Assembly (NCBI GenBank): GCA_001643675.2
Contig: LSRY02000062.1
Coordinates: forward strand, 186,001 to 250,000
DNA length: 64,000 nt
DNA from: Monocercomonoides exilis PA203
Taxonomy: Eukaryota; Protista; Preaxostyla
Direction: 5' to 3'
Shown: positions 25,155-40,100 of the stretch, in pieces
How the letters are laid out: every line of letters starts with the position of its first letter
Numbering within the stretch: position 1 is the stretch's first letter
Notes under the pieces: generated by a model
What the model was told of the DNA's origin: nothing
Databases searched by the model: none
What the model saw: the letters and a program-made list of their open reading frames with translations, nothing else
Program-made: the position numbers and the translations under genes

Positions 25155-28100
25155 TTATTTTTGTGCATTTTCTTTTCCACCATGTTTTTGAATTAGATTG
25201 GTCATCATCTCATCGCGCCTTTCAATTGCAATCGCAAGAGGAGTTTTCAAAGTTGAAGGCTCCACTCTGTTGATCTCAACTCCTTTGATTTGAAGAAGAT
25301 AGCAACAAACTGCGTATAATCCGTTGCGCACAACTGCAGTTAACAATGTTTCTGAAGGATGTCCTTTGCAGTTCAGGTCACATTCAACGATTTTCACTTT
25401 TTGAGATGTTTTGAATTTATCGCTGGCTGCTTTCGAAGCACTTGCATTTTCTTCAATATAATTTGTAATGTTGCTGCTCATTTTGTCTTGTTCTCCACAT
25501 ATCCAGTTCAGAATTCGGAATAGAATATTGCTTTTCCTCTTTTTTGCAGCAACAATCAATGGGTATCCATAAGATAGATCGATACATTTCGAATGCGATT
25601 TCATTAACAGATCGACTATATCTGTAGGTGCCACTTCTCTCTTTGTTATTTTTTGCATTCCACTTTTACTTTCTGCTCCTGCTTGCATCATATTTGGTTC
25701 ATTCATCTCATCCATCATAGCTTCCAACTTTTCATTCTCCAGTTCAATCTTCAAAGAACACCCTTCTTCTCTTTCTATTTCTGCTGTTTGCTTGCTGTGC
25801 ACAATCAGGCTAAGCAGCGGTGTTGCGTTGTTGTGAAGAGACCCACAATTTACATCAATCAAAGGATGCCTCAAAAGAAGCCTGATACATCTCAGATGAA
25901 GATAGGAGCAGGCAATACACAAAGCAGATGCCCCTTCGGCATTCAGAGTATTAACAGACGGCCTCAGAGACGATGGAGGAAATGGAAGAGTCATCAAATG
26001 GGGAATCAAAGGTGATTGGCTAGAGGAAGGCGATGAAGAGGAAGGTAAAGAAGAGCGAAGAGAAATACAAGGAGAAGCCGAGAAAGAAGAATTTCCTCTA
26101 TCAAACTGCTGTTCGAGTGAAATAAGAGGGCAATCTGAATTCTTGACGGTTTCTGCGGATGATGATTGAACTGAAGATTGCACGTCTGTTGACTTCACTG
26201 TTTCTTCATTTTGTGCATTTGTTTGTTTATTAAGTTCGCTTTTTTCCTTCCTCCTCATTACTCTGTTTGTCACTGGATCAATCCATTTTTTCATTCTTAA
26301 TGCACGTGATATAGCAATGTCATACAAATAAGGAGATGCAGGAGTTGTCCCTTCTTCAAAGTTATCTCCTGCTTGCTGATTTGAATGTTTGGGTGATGCA
26401 CAACGTTGATCATTATTTTTGCTGCTTGACAATGAACCAGAAAACGAAGAGCGAATTAAAGGATTTTCCAGCTGGCAAAGTGCGTCAAATGGCACAGTTT
26501 GAGACATAACACTTGTTTGGCTTGCAAATGGATCACTGACATATACATTCAGACGAATGGCTGTATCATTGCTGCTTTGTTGAGATGTCTTATCATTTGC
26601 ACTTTTGCTGAATAACAAGCAATGATGCTGATTGCTGAAGGATGCTGAGCAACTGTCAGATTGACAGTGACTTTGCATTGATTGTTCATCCAGTGAAATG
26701 AAACAATTATTTCTGATAGCACAATCTTTTTTATTTTGTGAAGTCAAATTCTTATTTTTGTCAGATAACATGATTTGCTCATCGATAAAACTAACTGCTG
26801 CACAATCTTGATTTTCGCAATCCGTTGGAGTTTTGGCTGATGTTGAAGAAGATGAAAGGGTTAAAGAAGAAGGATAAGACGAAGAACAGGAAAGCGAACG
26901 GGCATAAATTGTTGGGTGCTGAATAAAATGGAAAGAGACATGAAGTTTTGGTGATTTATCTGTGATTTTTTGAGGTTTTGCAAAAGGAGGAGGAGAAATA
27001 ACAGGAAACTGATAACCATTCCTGAACAATATAATCGAATTACTTAAAGGCTGCACATCAGAAATATTTGATGAAGCTGCTCCGATTGAAGAAGCGGAGG
27101 TAATATAAGATGCACTCGTCTGTGGAACAAGTGATTCAGTTGCTGATAGACGCAGCAAAAACGACAGAATGCGAGGAGATCCAACCATCGCAGCGTAATG
27201 CAACGGAGTTGACCCACTTCGATCTCCTTTGTTCCAATCCAGCTCGTAGTAAGGAGAAATTCCTTCATTTTCCAGCTCTTCATAAAATGACAGCGAAATT
27301 GGATTAACCTCTGAAGCAGAAGCAAAAGCCGAACGACTCCCATTTTTCATTCGGTTCGCTTCTCTCTTTTCTTCAAGTTCTTTTCTCAGCAGGCTTTCAG
27401 GCTTTGATCCCCATTTTGTAACCAAAAACAGCTCAAAGCAGCGAAGAACAAAGTTTGTTTGAGAATACGACGTCACTGACGAGTCAGAAGAAGAAGAAAC
27501 AGACTTGACAGAAGCAATAAGTTGAGAAACTAGCGGAATAATTCCGCTGTTCGGATCGATTGATGTGTGTGAAAGGTCAAAAAGAACAATTGGCGAATAT
27601 GTGGAAGAGGATTCACTGGAGGAAGAAGACTGCTCGGATGTAGCTGGCAGATTATGTGCTTCATAATAATTCTTCAGTTTGAATGAGACATATCCTCTTT
27701 TTGGTACATGAGCGGTGCTGCCCTCAGAATTATCCTGATTCAGCCGTGCTGACAAGTTCCGAGCTGAGTCTGAGTCAAAGCCAGCAGTGTTCATCAGCTG
27801 AGGCAGATGCACAGCTTCATCTAATGAGCCATGGGAATCTCCAGCAGAAGAGTCAGTAAACCTCCAGCAGCTCAAAAGAGAAAGCACCCAAGTGACAAGA
27901 GAAAGAGAACCGCTCTCAAAAAAGGAAAAGAAGAATGAGGGATCAGACGAGCACAGACGAGATATCACACAAGACAGGAAGGGCATAACAACAGATGGAG
28001 AGGCTGGTGAAGAGACAGTAAGTTTATGTGAGTCAATTAGTGATGAGTCACACTGGCGTTTGAAGCAAGATGCAGCAGAAGATAAAACAGGGAAATAAAT

Positions 28101-31100
28101 AAATGGCAAGAAGAAAAACGATGAAGGAGACTGAGATGGCACGGCTGGCATCGAAGAGGAGGTTGAACCTAGAATTTGACTATTCTCATTCTTCATTTTC
28201 ATCACACGAATAAATTGTGTCAACAGAGCCTTCAAAAAATTCAGTGATTCTGCAAGTGACGAGGAAGAAGTGAAGAGAGATGAAAAAGCAGATATTCCAC
28301 TCAATGATGAAGTTGAAGCTAATGATGATACTGATGAAATGGAATCAGATTGGGTTAGTGAAGGCTCAGATAGAAGTGATGATGGATTGCTTGATGAGGA
28401 AGAAAGTTGAGGAAGAGAATTCAATAGCGAAGAAAGCAGACGTGCAGCAATTGAATACTCTTTTGGCGTTAAGGAACCTGAAGGGTCGATTCTTATTCGG
28501 TTAGAATCTGCAGCCTTTACAAATAGAAGATCAAAATCAAATGGATGCAAACCAGTCTTGGATGACTCTTCTTTTTGCGATGAAGATGAAATTAACTCTG
28601 CCGAGGAAGATGAAACAGCATTCAACGGATCAAAACTGGAACTTTTTTGAGATAAAGTTGGAGAGGCATCAAATGAATCAAGTGGGACAGGTTTATCTTC
28701 TGATGTAATTAGTTGATCTTCATTGCTGTGGAAAGCTTTCGAATTTGATTCTAAGCCTTCCTCTTCGTCAGAGTCTGCTTCCATTAAGCCCATCTTTTTC
28801 TTCTTTTTCCTTTGCTTTTTCGTCTTCTTTGCGTTTCCTGTTGATTCTTCATCTTTGCCATCAATCATCATTTGTTTCTTTTCTTCTTCCATTGCAATTT
28901 TCCTGTTCTTTGCGTCCACTCCATCTTTCCACATCCTCTCTTCAATCATTTCTGCTATGTGCATATATCCAAGGCCTCTTGCAATAGAATATGCAGTCAG
29001 TCGATCTTGAAGAGCCACAAGAGCATTGCAAAACTCGGCAAATGATCTGGCAATCGGCGAAAGAGAAAATGATTTCCAAACATCGCTGAATTCTGTGGAA
29101 ATACCACAAGATAACTCTGGAGCCCCAGAAAGAGAGGAGTTAAATGATTCGCTCCAAAGAGCTTTGACTGGAATATTCACCGAGTTCTTGCTGGTTTCAT
29201 CGGTCTCATAACTCACTCCTCTGCAAACTTCCCACAGCACATCAACCCGATTGTCGTATAACAGTTCATTCACAATTTCTTCATCGTCATTCATCACAGC
29301 TTCTATAAGCGGTGGGACAAAACTGTCTTTCTTCACAAACGGTGTGCCAATCAATGCTTCCGCTGACAAAACATTGAAAAGCTCTTCTTTTTTCTCAGAA
29401 AACATTGAATTCTTTTTGTTGTGTGAGTGCTGTTTGGTAAGATCAACAAGCGTATTTCCAACAGCTGTGAAGAGATTTGGATTCAACGAAGCTATTTTCA
29501 AAAGTTCTCTCACCAGAAGCACATTTCTTCTTTCGACAGCAACGGAAAGCGGAGTGCGGCCGAGGCAGCACTCATTTGGATCGAGCGATACACCTGCATT
29601 GAAAAAGAACAGGAGGCGAGGCTTAACAGAAGGAAGTGAAGAAGAAGAAGAAGCTGCAGAAAGGAAAGGAGAAGGAGAAGAGTTTGGTGAACTTTCTTGA
29701 AGAGTAAATGGAACGTAGTTTGCTGATTTCAAAGGCAAAAGATTGTTCATTAAGCTGATCTGTCTTTCAATCAATTCATTCACATAAGCCTTTTTGATTC
29801 TCTTTGTTCTTCTTCGTTCTCTCTCTCGTCTCCTTGCCTCTGCAACTGATAAATTGTAACGGGAATCATTAGACAGCTTCAACTCAACTGTTTCTCCGAA
29901 AAGAGCAGAGTAGCGATGAGGGAACGTTTGTGCACGCATTGCAAATCCTTGTTTCTGCAGCGATAAAGCTGCTTCTGAACAGTATGAATTAGGATTTATC
30001 TTATTCTGGTGATGTTTGCGTTTGGAATTGGAAGAATGAACATTTTGAGAAGAAGAAGAAGAAGAAGAAACAGAAGATGAAAGAGTTGAAGTTAGCTCGC
30101 TGTCAGAAGATTCTTCCATTCCTTCATTTTTCAGTGCCTTTCGTTCAGATCTCTTTTTAGCTCGAATTTCTTGTTTCCTTTTCCTTTCCTCATTTTTCCT
30201 TTCTCTCTTCTTCTTCCTCTCTTCCTTCTCTTTTAGTTTTCTTTCCTCTAAGTCAACCTTCTGGTTCTGTTTAATTTTGTCCCTTTTCATTTTATCCTTT
30301 CCATTTTTAGATGCTTTTTTCTCTTTCAGCTTTTTCATCATGAAGTTGTATTCCTTTCTTGAAAGAATGGCACGTCGCTTCAAATCTCCCATCCCCTCAA
30401 AGTCGCTCAACTCAATTTTGCAATTTGTGTCTTGGTCTTCCGAATCAGATTTGCTTTGGAGCTCAACGTTGATCTCTTCTGATTCTTCTTTGTTTTCATT
30501 TGCATTCAAATTTCTCTTTGCTTTCATTAAATTGTCTCCTGAAAGTGCATTTTCTTTTTGCATATCAGCAACATTTTGGAAATTACTCATATTGCTTTCC
30601 ATTTTATTTTGAAGCAATTCCTTTGCTTTTTCATCTTTTATCTGTTTTCCATCTCCCAAAGCATGCTCATCAACCATTCCAATGCTGTTATTCGCATTCT
30701 TTGCAAACATGTTTGTCTCATTCACCAGTCTGTTGTTTATCTCATCTGTCTTTGCCTTTCTCTCTTCCACATCCAACAAGTCCACACATTCATTTTTGAG
30801 CGAGTCAAACATCCGAATAAGATGCGTTGATGTAACATCTCCTTCAGCAACTGCTGCAAATATCGGCGAGATGGAGAAAATGGGAGTTGAGTTGGCGATA
30901 GAAGAAAGGAGTGATGCTCCAAATGTTGCTGGGGGAACATGAATCAGCGGAGATGCTTGTGAGTAAGCAGAGGATGGATGCGAACACGATGAAGAAATCA
31001 TCGAAAGAGAAGGGTCGTCTGATTGTGCAGCTGAATGCAAATCGGACACAGACATAGAAAAGTCACCTGAGGAGGCTATTTGACACTGTGATGAGCAGAA

Positions 31101-34100
31101 AGCAGATGAAGTAGCACTTGCTGCACTGTAAATATCCATACGCTGCTGATCGTTGGTTGCCTTCCATTCTTTTTGTGATCTTCTCTTCAGCTCTTTCTTC
31201 TCTCTCTTTCTGAGCTTGCTCAATTCCTCTTCCAAAATGGACGATTCGCCAACTCTAACTTTTTGCTTTCTCTTCTTTTGAGCGTTGTTTTTTGATTCTG
31301 TTGCCCAAATGCCAGTTCCTTCCTCGCTTTCGAAGACACTCTCAACTCTTTTGCTGAGCTCTTTCATAAAAGCATTTGATTTCTGTGGAGAAGAGAGAGC
31401 GGCATTATGTTTGACTTCACTACTGTCATCATCAAACAAAGAACTCAAAGAGAAATCAGAAGTAGAAGAAGAATATGATGACGATGACGATGACGATGAC
31501 GATGAAGAAGGTGATGCTGATGCTGATTCCGATCCTGTTGGCAGGTCATCTGCACTCATATACAATCCATCTTCAATCAAAGACGAAGATGCCACTGTGT
31601 AAAGCCTGCTTATTCTCACTCTGCCATAGCAACTACTATGCAGCCCATTCTGCTGGTTTTGCTCTGTTAGCGATGGAGAGTCTCCCTTTTTCTCTTCAAT
31701 CTTTTCCTTATCAGCCTCATCCGTCAACACTTGTGGCTTCACTTCTTCTTCAATTCGGAAACCATCAGACAAATCTGTTTCTGATGCATCGTCTTTTGCA
31801 TCTTTGCGTTCTTTTTTGTGCCTTTTTTTAAGAGAATGACTGGAACTAAAAGAAGTTTGGCTATCATCTGATTCATCATCGCTATCACTGACATTGACAC
31901 TATCGCTGTCGCTGATACTGTCGCTATCAAAATCAAAGTCATCATTCAATATACGATCAAGTTTTGCATTAAGATCCTCAATTTTGTCTTTGCGTTTTTT
32001 TGGCCCATAGTTTTCCTCCGTCATTTCCATAAAGTCTATTGCTTCCTTGGATGTGGAATGTATAGATGAATATGGATCATATATCTTGTCTTCATTGTAC
32101 TTTGAAGCTTCTTCTTTGCTTTCGTTTTCGCTTTCATCCGAAAAACGAAGCGTGCTAATTCCACACACCGCTTTTCTCGTCTCGTCTGTCACCGCCACAA
32201 CACGCTTGAACAGCTCGAACGGAGGAAGTGAATAGAGAAAGCCACAACTTGTGATGCCTGCATGCAGCTGGCGCAGGAGCAGCGGGTCTGTTGTGGTGGA
32301 GGTGTATGGGAACTGGTTTAGAGGAGACAGTGCGCCATCTGTGCTTCTTACAGCCGAGGGATGCAGCAGAAACGACGTTGAGTTGTCGACAAGAAGAGGA
32401 AGGTGGGACAAGCTCTTGCTTGGATAAGCTCTTTCAGAGGTAGTAGCGGCGGTGGAGGAAGTTGTTAGCTTTGTTGTTGAGCTTTGTCCCAGATTAAGTG
32501 GGCGAGTAATCGAGATGGATGAAGTGGATGGAGTTGTGACTGAAGTGCTTGAAGGTGTTGAATCGAAGAAAGAAGTATCAAAAAAGTAATCAGGAACAAA
32601 AGGAGATGAAGCCGGACGAAGTTGATCGGTTGAAAGGCCTCCGTCTGGCGATGGGCTCATCAAATACACTGAAAGAACAGCAGTTGAAGATCCCTTTCTG
32701 TCTGATACAGTTGTTTCTGAAGACTTTGTTAAAGTCAATGATGATGACGCTGATGAAGAAACAGATGAATAAGACACTTTATTCAATTGTACAGGCTTTT
32801 TCAAAGTCACTCCTTCCTCCTCTGCCTCTTTCATCAGCTCATCCCACTCGTCAGCTCCCGTCTTCTCTTCTTCCATCTCAGAAGACACCGCAATTCTCTG
32901 TCCATCTCCACCTGCCTGCTCCTGTGATATTTTTAGCTTTGCCAGTTCTTCAAGATCCTTCGTTCCAGCATTCTTCATTCCACATCCATGCATCAGCGAC
33001 TTCGCTCCGTTTAATCTGTCTTTTCCAAGTGCAACGAGAGCAAGCTCCATCATATCGCATTCAACAGACTGTGAAAGCGCATCCTTCTGCAGATGATGCA
33101 GCACAATCAGAAATGGAGAGACTCCAAGATGAGGTGGATCGTGTGCATAAGAAGGAATAGAAGGAGAATCCGGTTTGCTGCCTGACTCAATGTCTGCTGA
33201 AGACATAAGAGAAAAGGAATTAAATTTTGATGAAGAATTCTCATCATTTACCTGGAAAACCCCTTCCAACTTTCTTCTCAACGCAGAGCTCTTTTTCAAG
33301 CAAACAATCTTCCCTTTCTTCCTTCTCACAAACACTTTTCTTTCCTGATTTAAGCAAAGCTCCTTCCGCCTTCTCGAAACCATCGTGTCAAGATGCTGAG
33401 GAGGCTTGCGAAGCATCCCGACATCCCTCCAACTGTGCAGAAATGCATAATTAATCAGGAAGAAGCTGGAATCTTTGCATCGTTTCACAAACATACTAAA
33501 CGGTAGTATGCATCTTCGACGAGGCAGTGAATGAAACAGAGAACGGGGAACAGAAGATGCATTGAAGAACAAGGCAAGTGATTGGATTAAGGAAGTGTTT
33601 GTCTTCAGAAATGAGTTGACATATTGAGTGTTGGCCCAAAGAGAGGGTTTCCTGCTGAGTGGGAGATAAGGAGCATGAGATGACAGGATTGGTCCGACTG
33701 AAACTGAACTGCTGGAATTGTCAATCGCTAACGGCGAGTTAGACACAAATGGCGTCATGCTCCTCGAAGTCTGGCTGCGATCCAGCCATCTCATTGCGCT
33801 TTTTCCTGGTGAAAGCATGATGCAAGACGAGTAATAATTAATTTTCTTCACATGCTTGCATTCTTCTTCTTTTCTTTTCGTTATGGTCAACGAAGGAGAT
33901 TTGTTGTTATTGAATCTCAGGAAATTCTCGTCGTCACATGGCAGACTTTTTGGCGATAGCATGCTCGGCAGCAGCTGCTGAACCAACTTTGTAGTCAGCG
34001 GAACAAACGATGAAGACGACTCTTTCCCTTCAAATTCTGATCCGATGTCTGCTTTGCCATAGTGCTTGTTGTTGACAAAGTGCAGCGGTAAGGAAGAGAA

Positions 34101-37100
34101 GCTGATTGGTGCAAACGATGCTGAGCTAAATAGCGTGTCCATGTAAGTTGTTGGCTCGGAAGATAATGAGTAGTCTTCTTCAGGCAAAGAAGCAGTCGAA
34201 GAAGAAGATGCATTTGCAGAACTCCTTGGATCAATCAGCTCTTTGGCTGACTCACTGACAACTAAGCCTCTTCTGTGCCTCGAAACAATAGATGGCAACA
34301 GAAGCACTCTGATGTTATCTCCAATGCCATCTTCATTCAGATCGCTAAGCAATATTTCGTAATCTGTTTCTGATGTTGATCCCATCGAAGAAGAAGAAGA
34401 AGAAGAAGAAGAAGAAGAAGAAGAGGAAGAGGAAGAGGAAGAGGAGGAAGAAGAACTCGAAGATAAAGAAGTACCTTTTTTGTTTTTAGGCACCTCAACT
34501 TTTTTGATCATCAAATTGAAATGTTCAGCATTTAACTCTCTGGTAACTTTCTTTATCTTCTGGCTGATGAAATCCAGTTTCTCTTTCATTCGCCTTGTAA
34601 CCCTTTCCAGTTCTCCTTCGCTAAATTGCGGTTGAATGTACTCGTTTTGTGCATTTGATGAATCCGATAAGGCAGTCTGCTGTTCAGATGCTCCTTGTGA
34701 AGTGCTGCCGAAAGGACTGGCTATTTGTGAGCGGAATGTTCTCTTTCTGTTAAATGTATTCAACAATATCGGATTAGGATTCGATACCGCCTTTGCTGAA
34801 TCTGTATTAACAGAAGCATTTTCTGGCGTTATCTCGAATCCTCCTTTTTCATACTTGAAATAGTCAATTGGCTCGCCAAACGAAACGAAAAATGTGAAGT
34901 CGTCAAAAGTAATTGGATCAGCCTTTTTGCTTTGCCGCTTTTCTTTTGGATTATTCGAAGGAGAAAACGGATTCTCCAGCAATTCTTTCAATCGTTTGTC
35001 TTGTTCATATTCATTTGCGAAGCCAAAACCAATCGAAATTTCATCGTCTGCATCTTCTTCACTGTCTTCCTCGCTTGTTTCACTGTTGCTATCATCTTCA
35101 ATCTCAAACTGCTCCATCATCAATTTACTCATCTGTTTGTCCAAAATCTCATATTGCTTGTCTCCCAAATCCAATTCTGCAATCCAATCATCACTGTCAA
35201 TTGCATTGTCCTCATCCTCTTCATCTTCCTCTCCATCTTCTGAGCAATCATCTTCAATCGCATATACATCATCTGCCTTCAGAGCTCGTGATAGATCGTC
35301 CAATGCTAACATCAACATTGCCCATGTCGATGTTGATTCAGCACATATGAGCTGCTGCAACAGCGGCGACAGGACAATCGTGTCTGCCAGTAGAGCAGGC
35401 GACGCTTCCTCAGGCGCAACAGCAGGATTTGCAGAGAATGTGGACAGAATGGAAGGGATGGATCTGTTTGTTGCTGTAGTTGCTGACAGCATTGCCGATG
35501 TTTCTCCAATCGGAAGCGCCAGACTCGACAGAAGAGGCACAGCCGCGCTGTTGCTGGAAAGCGCATCTGCTTTCTCTTTTGGCGAAAGATACACAAAGCG
35601 AAGGGTGTGCACCGGCAGCGGGGAAAAGTAGTTAGGCGCAATGACAGTGTTGCTGAATATGAACTGAGTTCTTCCTTGATTCACGCTAGTCACTTGAAAT
35701 TCAGAATTCCGCTTTGTGATGCCCAGCCTGTTCAGCACACGATAGCGTGCATTGATTTCAGCCATTGCATGTCGCATCTTCACTCGCTCCTTTTTCCAGG
35801 ACGGCGCCATCAACCCCTCGTCCAGCAGAATAGCACGCTCTACAAAGACATCGCTAGAGAATGGATTATACTCTGATGGCACATCCACTTGCCCTGTTGA
35901 GAAAGTAGACGAAGAAGAATAAGAAGAAGAAGCTGACTGACTGACTGAACTTAAGAGTCGATGACGAGCGCCTGAGGCGTATTGCTTCAGCTCCTTCTGG
36001 CTGATGTAAGGCAGTCCGCGTGTTGCCACAAAGCGGAGGATGTCTGAACGAAGTGTGGCTGCTTCTTCGCCAGCAAACATCAGCACAGCATTGTCGCAGA
36101 AGAGTGAAAGCAAAATGGAAGAAAGCATTTTGGATTCACGCTTGGATTGCTTTTCTTGTGAGGCTGTTGGCCTGCTGGATGGGGAGATGGGAGAAAAAGA
36201 ATTGGCCAGAATTGAGGTACCGGCTGGCAAAGTGTTTGGCGTTGTTATTTTAGCAGGTTTTCCAGATGAACTTGCTGAAGATGGTGATGAACTGTCAAAA
36301 GAATATTCACCATTCAAAAAGCGACTCAGCTTTTTGGACAAATGCAGCTGTGATCCAAGCAACTCCTCCACTTTCAGTGCAGACAGCAGCTTTCTGCTGT
36401 AATCGTCAGTCAAATAAGGCTGAATGCTTACTGATTTCATGGGATTCAACGGCGACAAAGCTACAGTTGATTTGCTTGCCAGCTCGAATATTCGTCCCAG
36501 AAGAGTTCTTTGAGAAGTGGATGCCAAAGGGGAAGAAGAAGAAGAAGAAGAGGAAGAAGCCCCATCGCATCCGAGTGATTTTCGGAGGAGAGTGAAAAGA
36601 GACGAAAGAAAGTTCAGCCGATTCAGGTTGGCTGGCACAATGGTCATTGTGTCATGGTGGTAGCTCAGCGGAACAGACTTGCTTTTATTGTCATTTGAAG
36701 AGGAAGAAGAAGAAGATGACGAGGAAGAAGAGGAATATGAAGAAGCCGAACTCCAAGTTGGCGGGATGTAAATGTTTGAAGCTTGTGGCAAAGACGCTTT
36801 TGGGGCAGGTTCAGACGAAAGTGCCAGGGCAACTTCGTCAATCTGATTTAAATTCAGCTCGTTTGTGTTGGAAGGCTCTGGTAATGAAAGAAGCGTTGGA
36901 AACAGTGAAGGGTCTTTTGGAACAGGATTGATGAAATACATCGAGAAGCCAGCAGAGATATTCAGAGAGCGGGATACAGACAGAGGAACAAAGACATAAC
37001 GACGCGAGGCACACGAAGTCGATGATGATGATGGAGAAGGAGGAGAAGAACGAAAAGAGGAAGCGGAATGAGGAGGAGAGATAGAAGAAGGAGGGGTTCT

Positions 37101-40100
37101 GAAGCGGGAAGCGTTGAACGGAGGAGGCGAACGAGATCTGCCCAGACGCTGTGGCCGGAAAGGAGGGGGAGAAGCAGATCCCTTTCTGAAAGGGTAGAAC
37201 GGCGCAGGAGGCGGTGAGTGATATTGCAGTGTGGTTGTGGTTGTGGTTGTGGTTGTGGTGAATTGCCCGTTGGGTGAGTGCTGAGATGTCTCAGATGTGA
37301 CTGTGGTGGTTGAGGAGGAGGAAGAAGAAGCAGGCTGAGAAAGCAGCGAGAAGGGTGACATCGAAGAAGATGAAGGGGACAAAGCACTTGGCATTGACAA
37401 TCCAGCAGGAGGTGGGGATATTCGGCGAGTGCTGACTAAAGGCGGAGTGCGCCTTCTGCTCATCAATGAAGGCGAAACCGCTCTTCGTCTGCTTATTGCC
37501 TCTTGTTCCTCGCCGTCATTAAAGCCTTTCCTATCATAAGCTGTTGGGCTGAATGTGAGGTATTGAGACCCATCTTCTCCATCAGATGTATCATCTTCGT
37601 ATACCTCCTCCACCTCTTGCTCCCAGGAGTAGTTCCACATGTCTTCGATCTTCTTCAGCGTGCTTTCCTTCTCAAAGCGCACATCAAACTCAGCAAGATC
37701 CAGTACAACAGAAGGCACACTCCACATCAGCAACCCAACCACATCGCTTCTCTTGCGCATGACAGCCGCAAAAAGAGGAGTCTCAACCGTCAGCTGGTTC
37801 AAAAAGACTCGTTTTTCGATCTTTCCGCGGTTGATGTCGAGATTTGCGCGCTTCAAAAGCATTCTGATGACGTTCAATGAGCCACAGCAGCAGCTGATCC
37901 AAAGGGGGCTCATTGAGACATTGCGGAGGGTGATGCCTTCGTTTATGTCGAAGGAAGGGTCAGACACAAAGAAGGACACAAGTGGCTCGATGGAAAAAGC
38001 ACACGAATAGAAAAACAGAGTGTGGAGTTCAATGCGAGTTGATTGAATGAGATATAGAAGATGCGATGAGGGACAAAGGGAAGGAAGGAATGGCACCTTT
38101 TGAATGGATCGAAAGTCGGAGGAAGAAGAAGTTGAAGAAGCTGTACTCGAATAAGTGGAATTTAGAGATGCTGCTGACAAATATGAATCTTGCAGCTTTG
38201 GTTGAAATTCGTTGCTAGTTGTGTCTTGTTGGTCTTCCATTTTTCTTCTTCTTGCCTTTTCTTGAATGACATATTCATTCACTTCATCAAACAAACAAAC
38301 CATCTCTTCCATCATCCCTCCTTTTTGTATCAGACAGTTTAAGTTACTTCCGCAGGAGCATTTGAATGAGCATACTCCGACTGGAATGACAGAATGGCCA
38401 AAATGACATGTCGAAGCGCATTCGAGACAGATCAGTCCAGACGAATGCTCCAACGTTGTCGGGATTGCTTTCTCTTTGCTCACTTCTGCTCTGTTGCTTC
38501 CGTCGAAGCTGTGTGTGACACATGTTGTGCAGATGTAGGCTATTCTTTGCGATTCAGTGGCGGAACATCGTGGAAGATGAGGCATCAACGGATGAGGAGA
38601 TTTGGGAGAAGGGTAGCTGCAAGACGAAGAGACTGAGCCGTTTGTAGAATTTTGCATGAACTGCAGGGTTTGAGGATTTGTCAAGGGAAATGGCGGAGAT
38701 GAAGAGTATGATGGGAATGAAGGATACATGATATGAGATGCAACAATCTGAGTTCGATGCCAGAGGAGAAAAAGAAAGATGGAAAATGGATGAAGAAACT
38801 GGAAGAGGCGATTCTGCGTTTCTGGAGTGCAAAGGCTCGACAAAAGAATCGCCTCGCTTGGCGAGTTGGTTTTATGTGTTTTCTGAAAAGACAGAGCATT
38901 CGTTTCAGGAGGTGTACTGCTTGTTGTGTGTGCTCCGAAACTGAATCTTTTGTTGGTGCTGTTATTAACATTGTCAGGCTGCGTGATAACTTCCGATCTC
39001 TTTTCCAGAGCATAAACCTCAGCAGCGAACTTGTTGAAAGATAAAGACTTTTCAGCCTCTTTCTTCATCCTCTCGATGGATGGCACTGAATTCATTATGT
39101 CTGTGTAATGATGGAACATCTTCTTTTTCTTTGTTTCCTCGTTTTCTCCATCTTCTTCTTCATCATCAAGCATCCACTCTTCAATCAGATCGCTTGATAG
39201 TGACTGTACTCTCTCTTTCGAGATATTCATCACAGCCTGTTCGAACTTTTCTATTTTTTCTTTTTCTTTCTCTTTTCGCCTTTTCAAAATTTCCATTTCT
39301 TTCTCTCTTTCTTCGTCTCTCTCTTCATTCCTTTCCTCTTCTTGCTCGCCTTCTACTTCATATTGCAACCTTCGCTCTATTTCTTTGAACATAACAAAAA
39401 CAGGAGCGCAACGCTGTTTGCGTATCAAGCTGTTAGATTTGCAACAGCTTTTGTCGGTTAATATTCGAGTGGGCATTGTAAAATTCTCACTGAAGTTATG
39501 ACTCATCTGAGAAGCAACATCCTCTTGTGAAAGGGCAAATTTAAATTGATCGATCATTTTCTGAATAAACAGGGAAGCAGGCTGCTCGCCCTTCTGAATC
39601 ATGTTTCTTAGGACAAGATTTTCGCTTTTCACTATCTCAAACCACAGAGAAGATGGAAAAGGGCGAAATGGAGAAAACGTGCGAAAGGCTTGTGCAGAAG
39701 AAAGAGATTGAGAAATTTCCGAGCATTCCTTGTTTTGAGCACAGCTTTTTGAATAAAGTAATGGTCCCAAGGGTTGTTCGAATGATTGATGCAAATAATA
39801 TGGATATCCAAAAGGAGGCTGCCGAGATGGGAATTGATTCAGATTAGAAATTGAGCTTAAAGAATACATTATGCTGTTGCTAATCGCTTCTGGGGATTTC
39901 AATTTATGTGAACTTGCGCATTTACACGAAAAAGTTATCGAATCACATAAACATTTCTTATGAACAAAATTTTTTTAAATGTATATTCCAAAAGTGATCA
40001 AAAAAGCACAAACTTCGTTCCCATTCAATGCTCCAACAAATTTTACATCATGAAATCGATGACAACAAATTGCACAAAGCTGAGAAAAATCAAAATCAAT

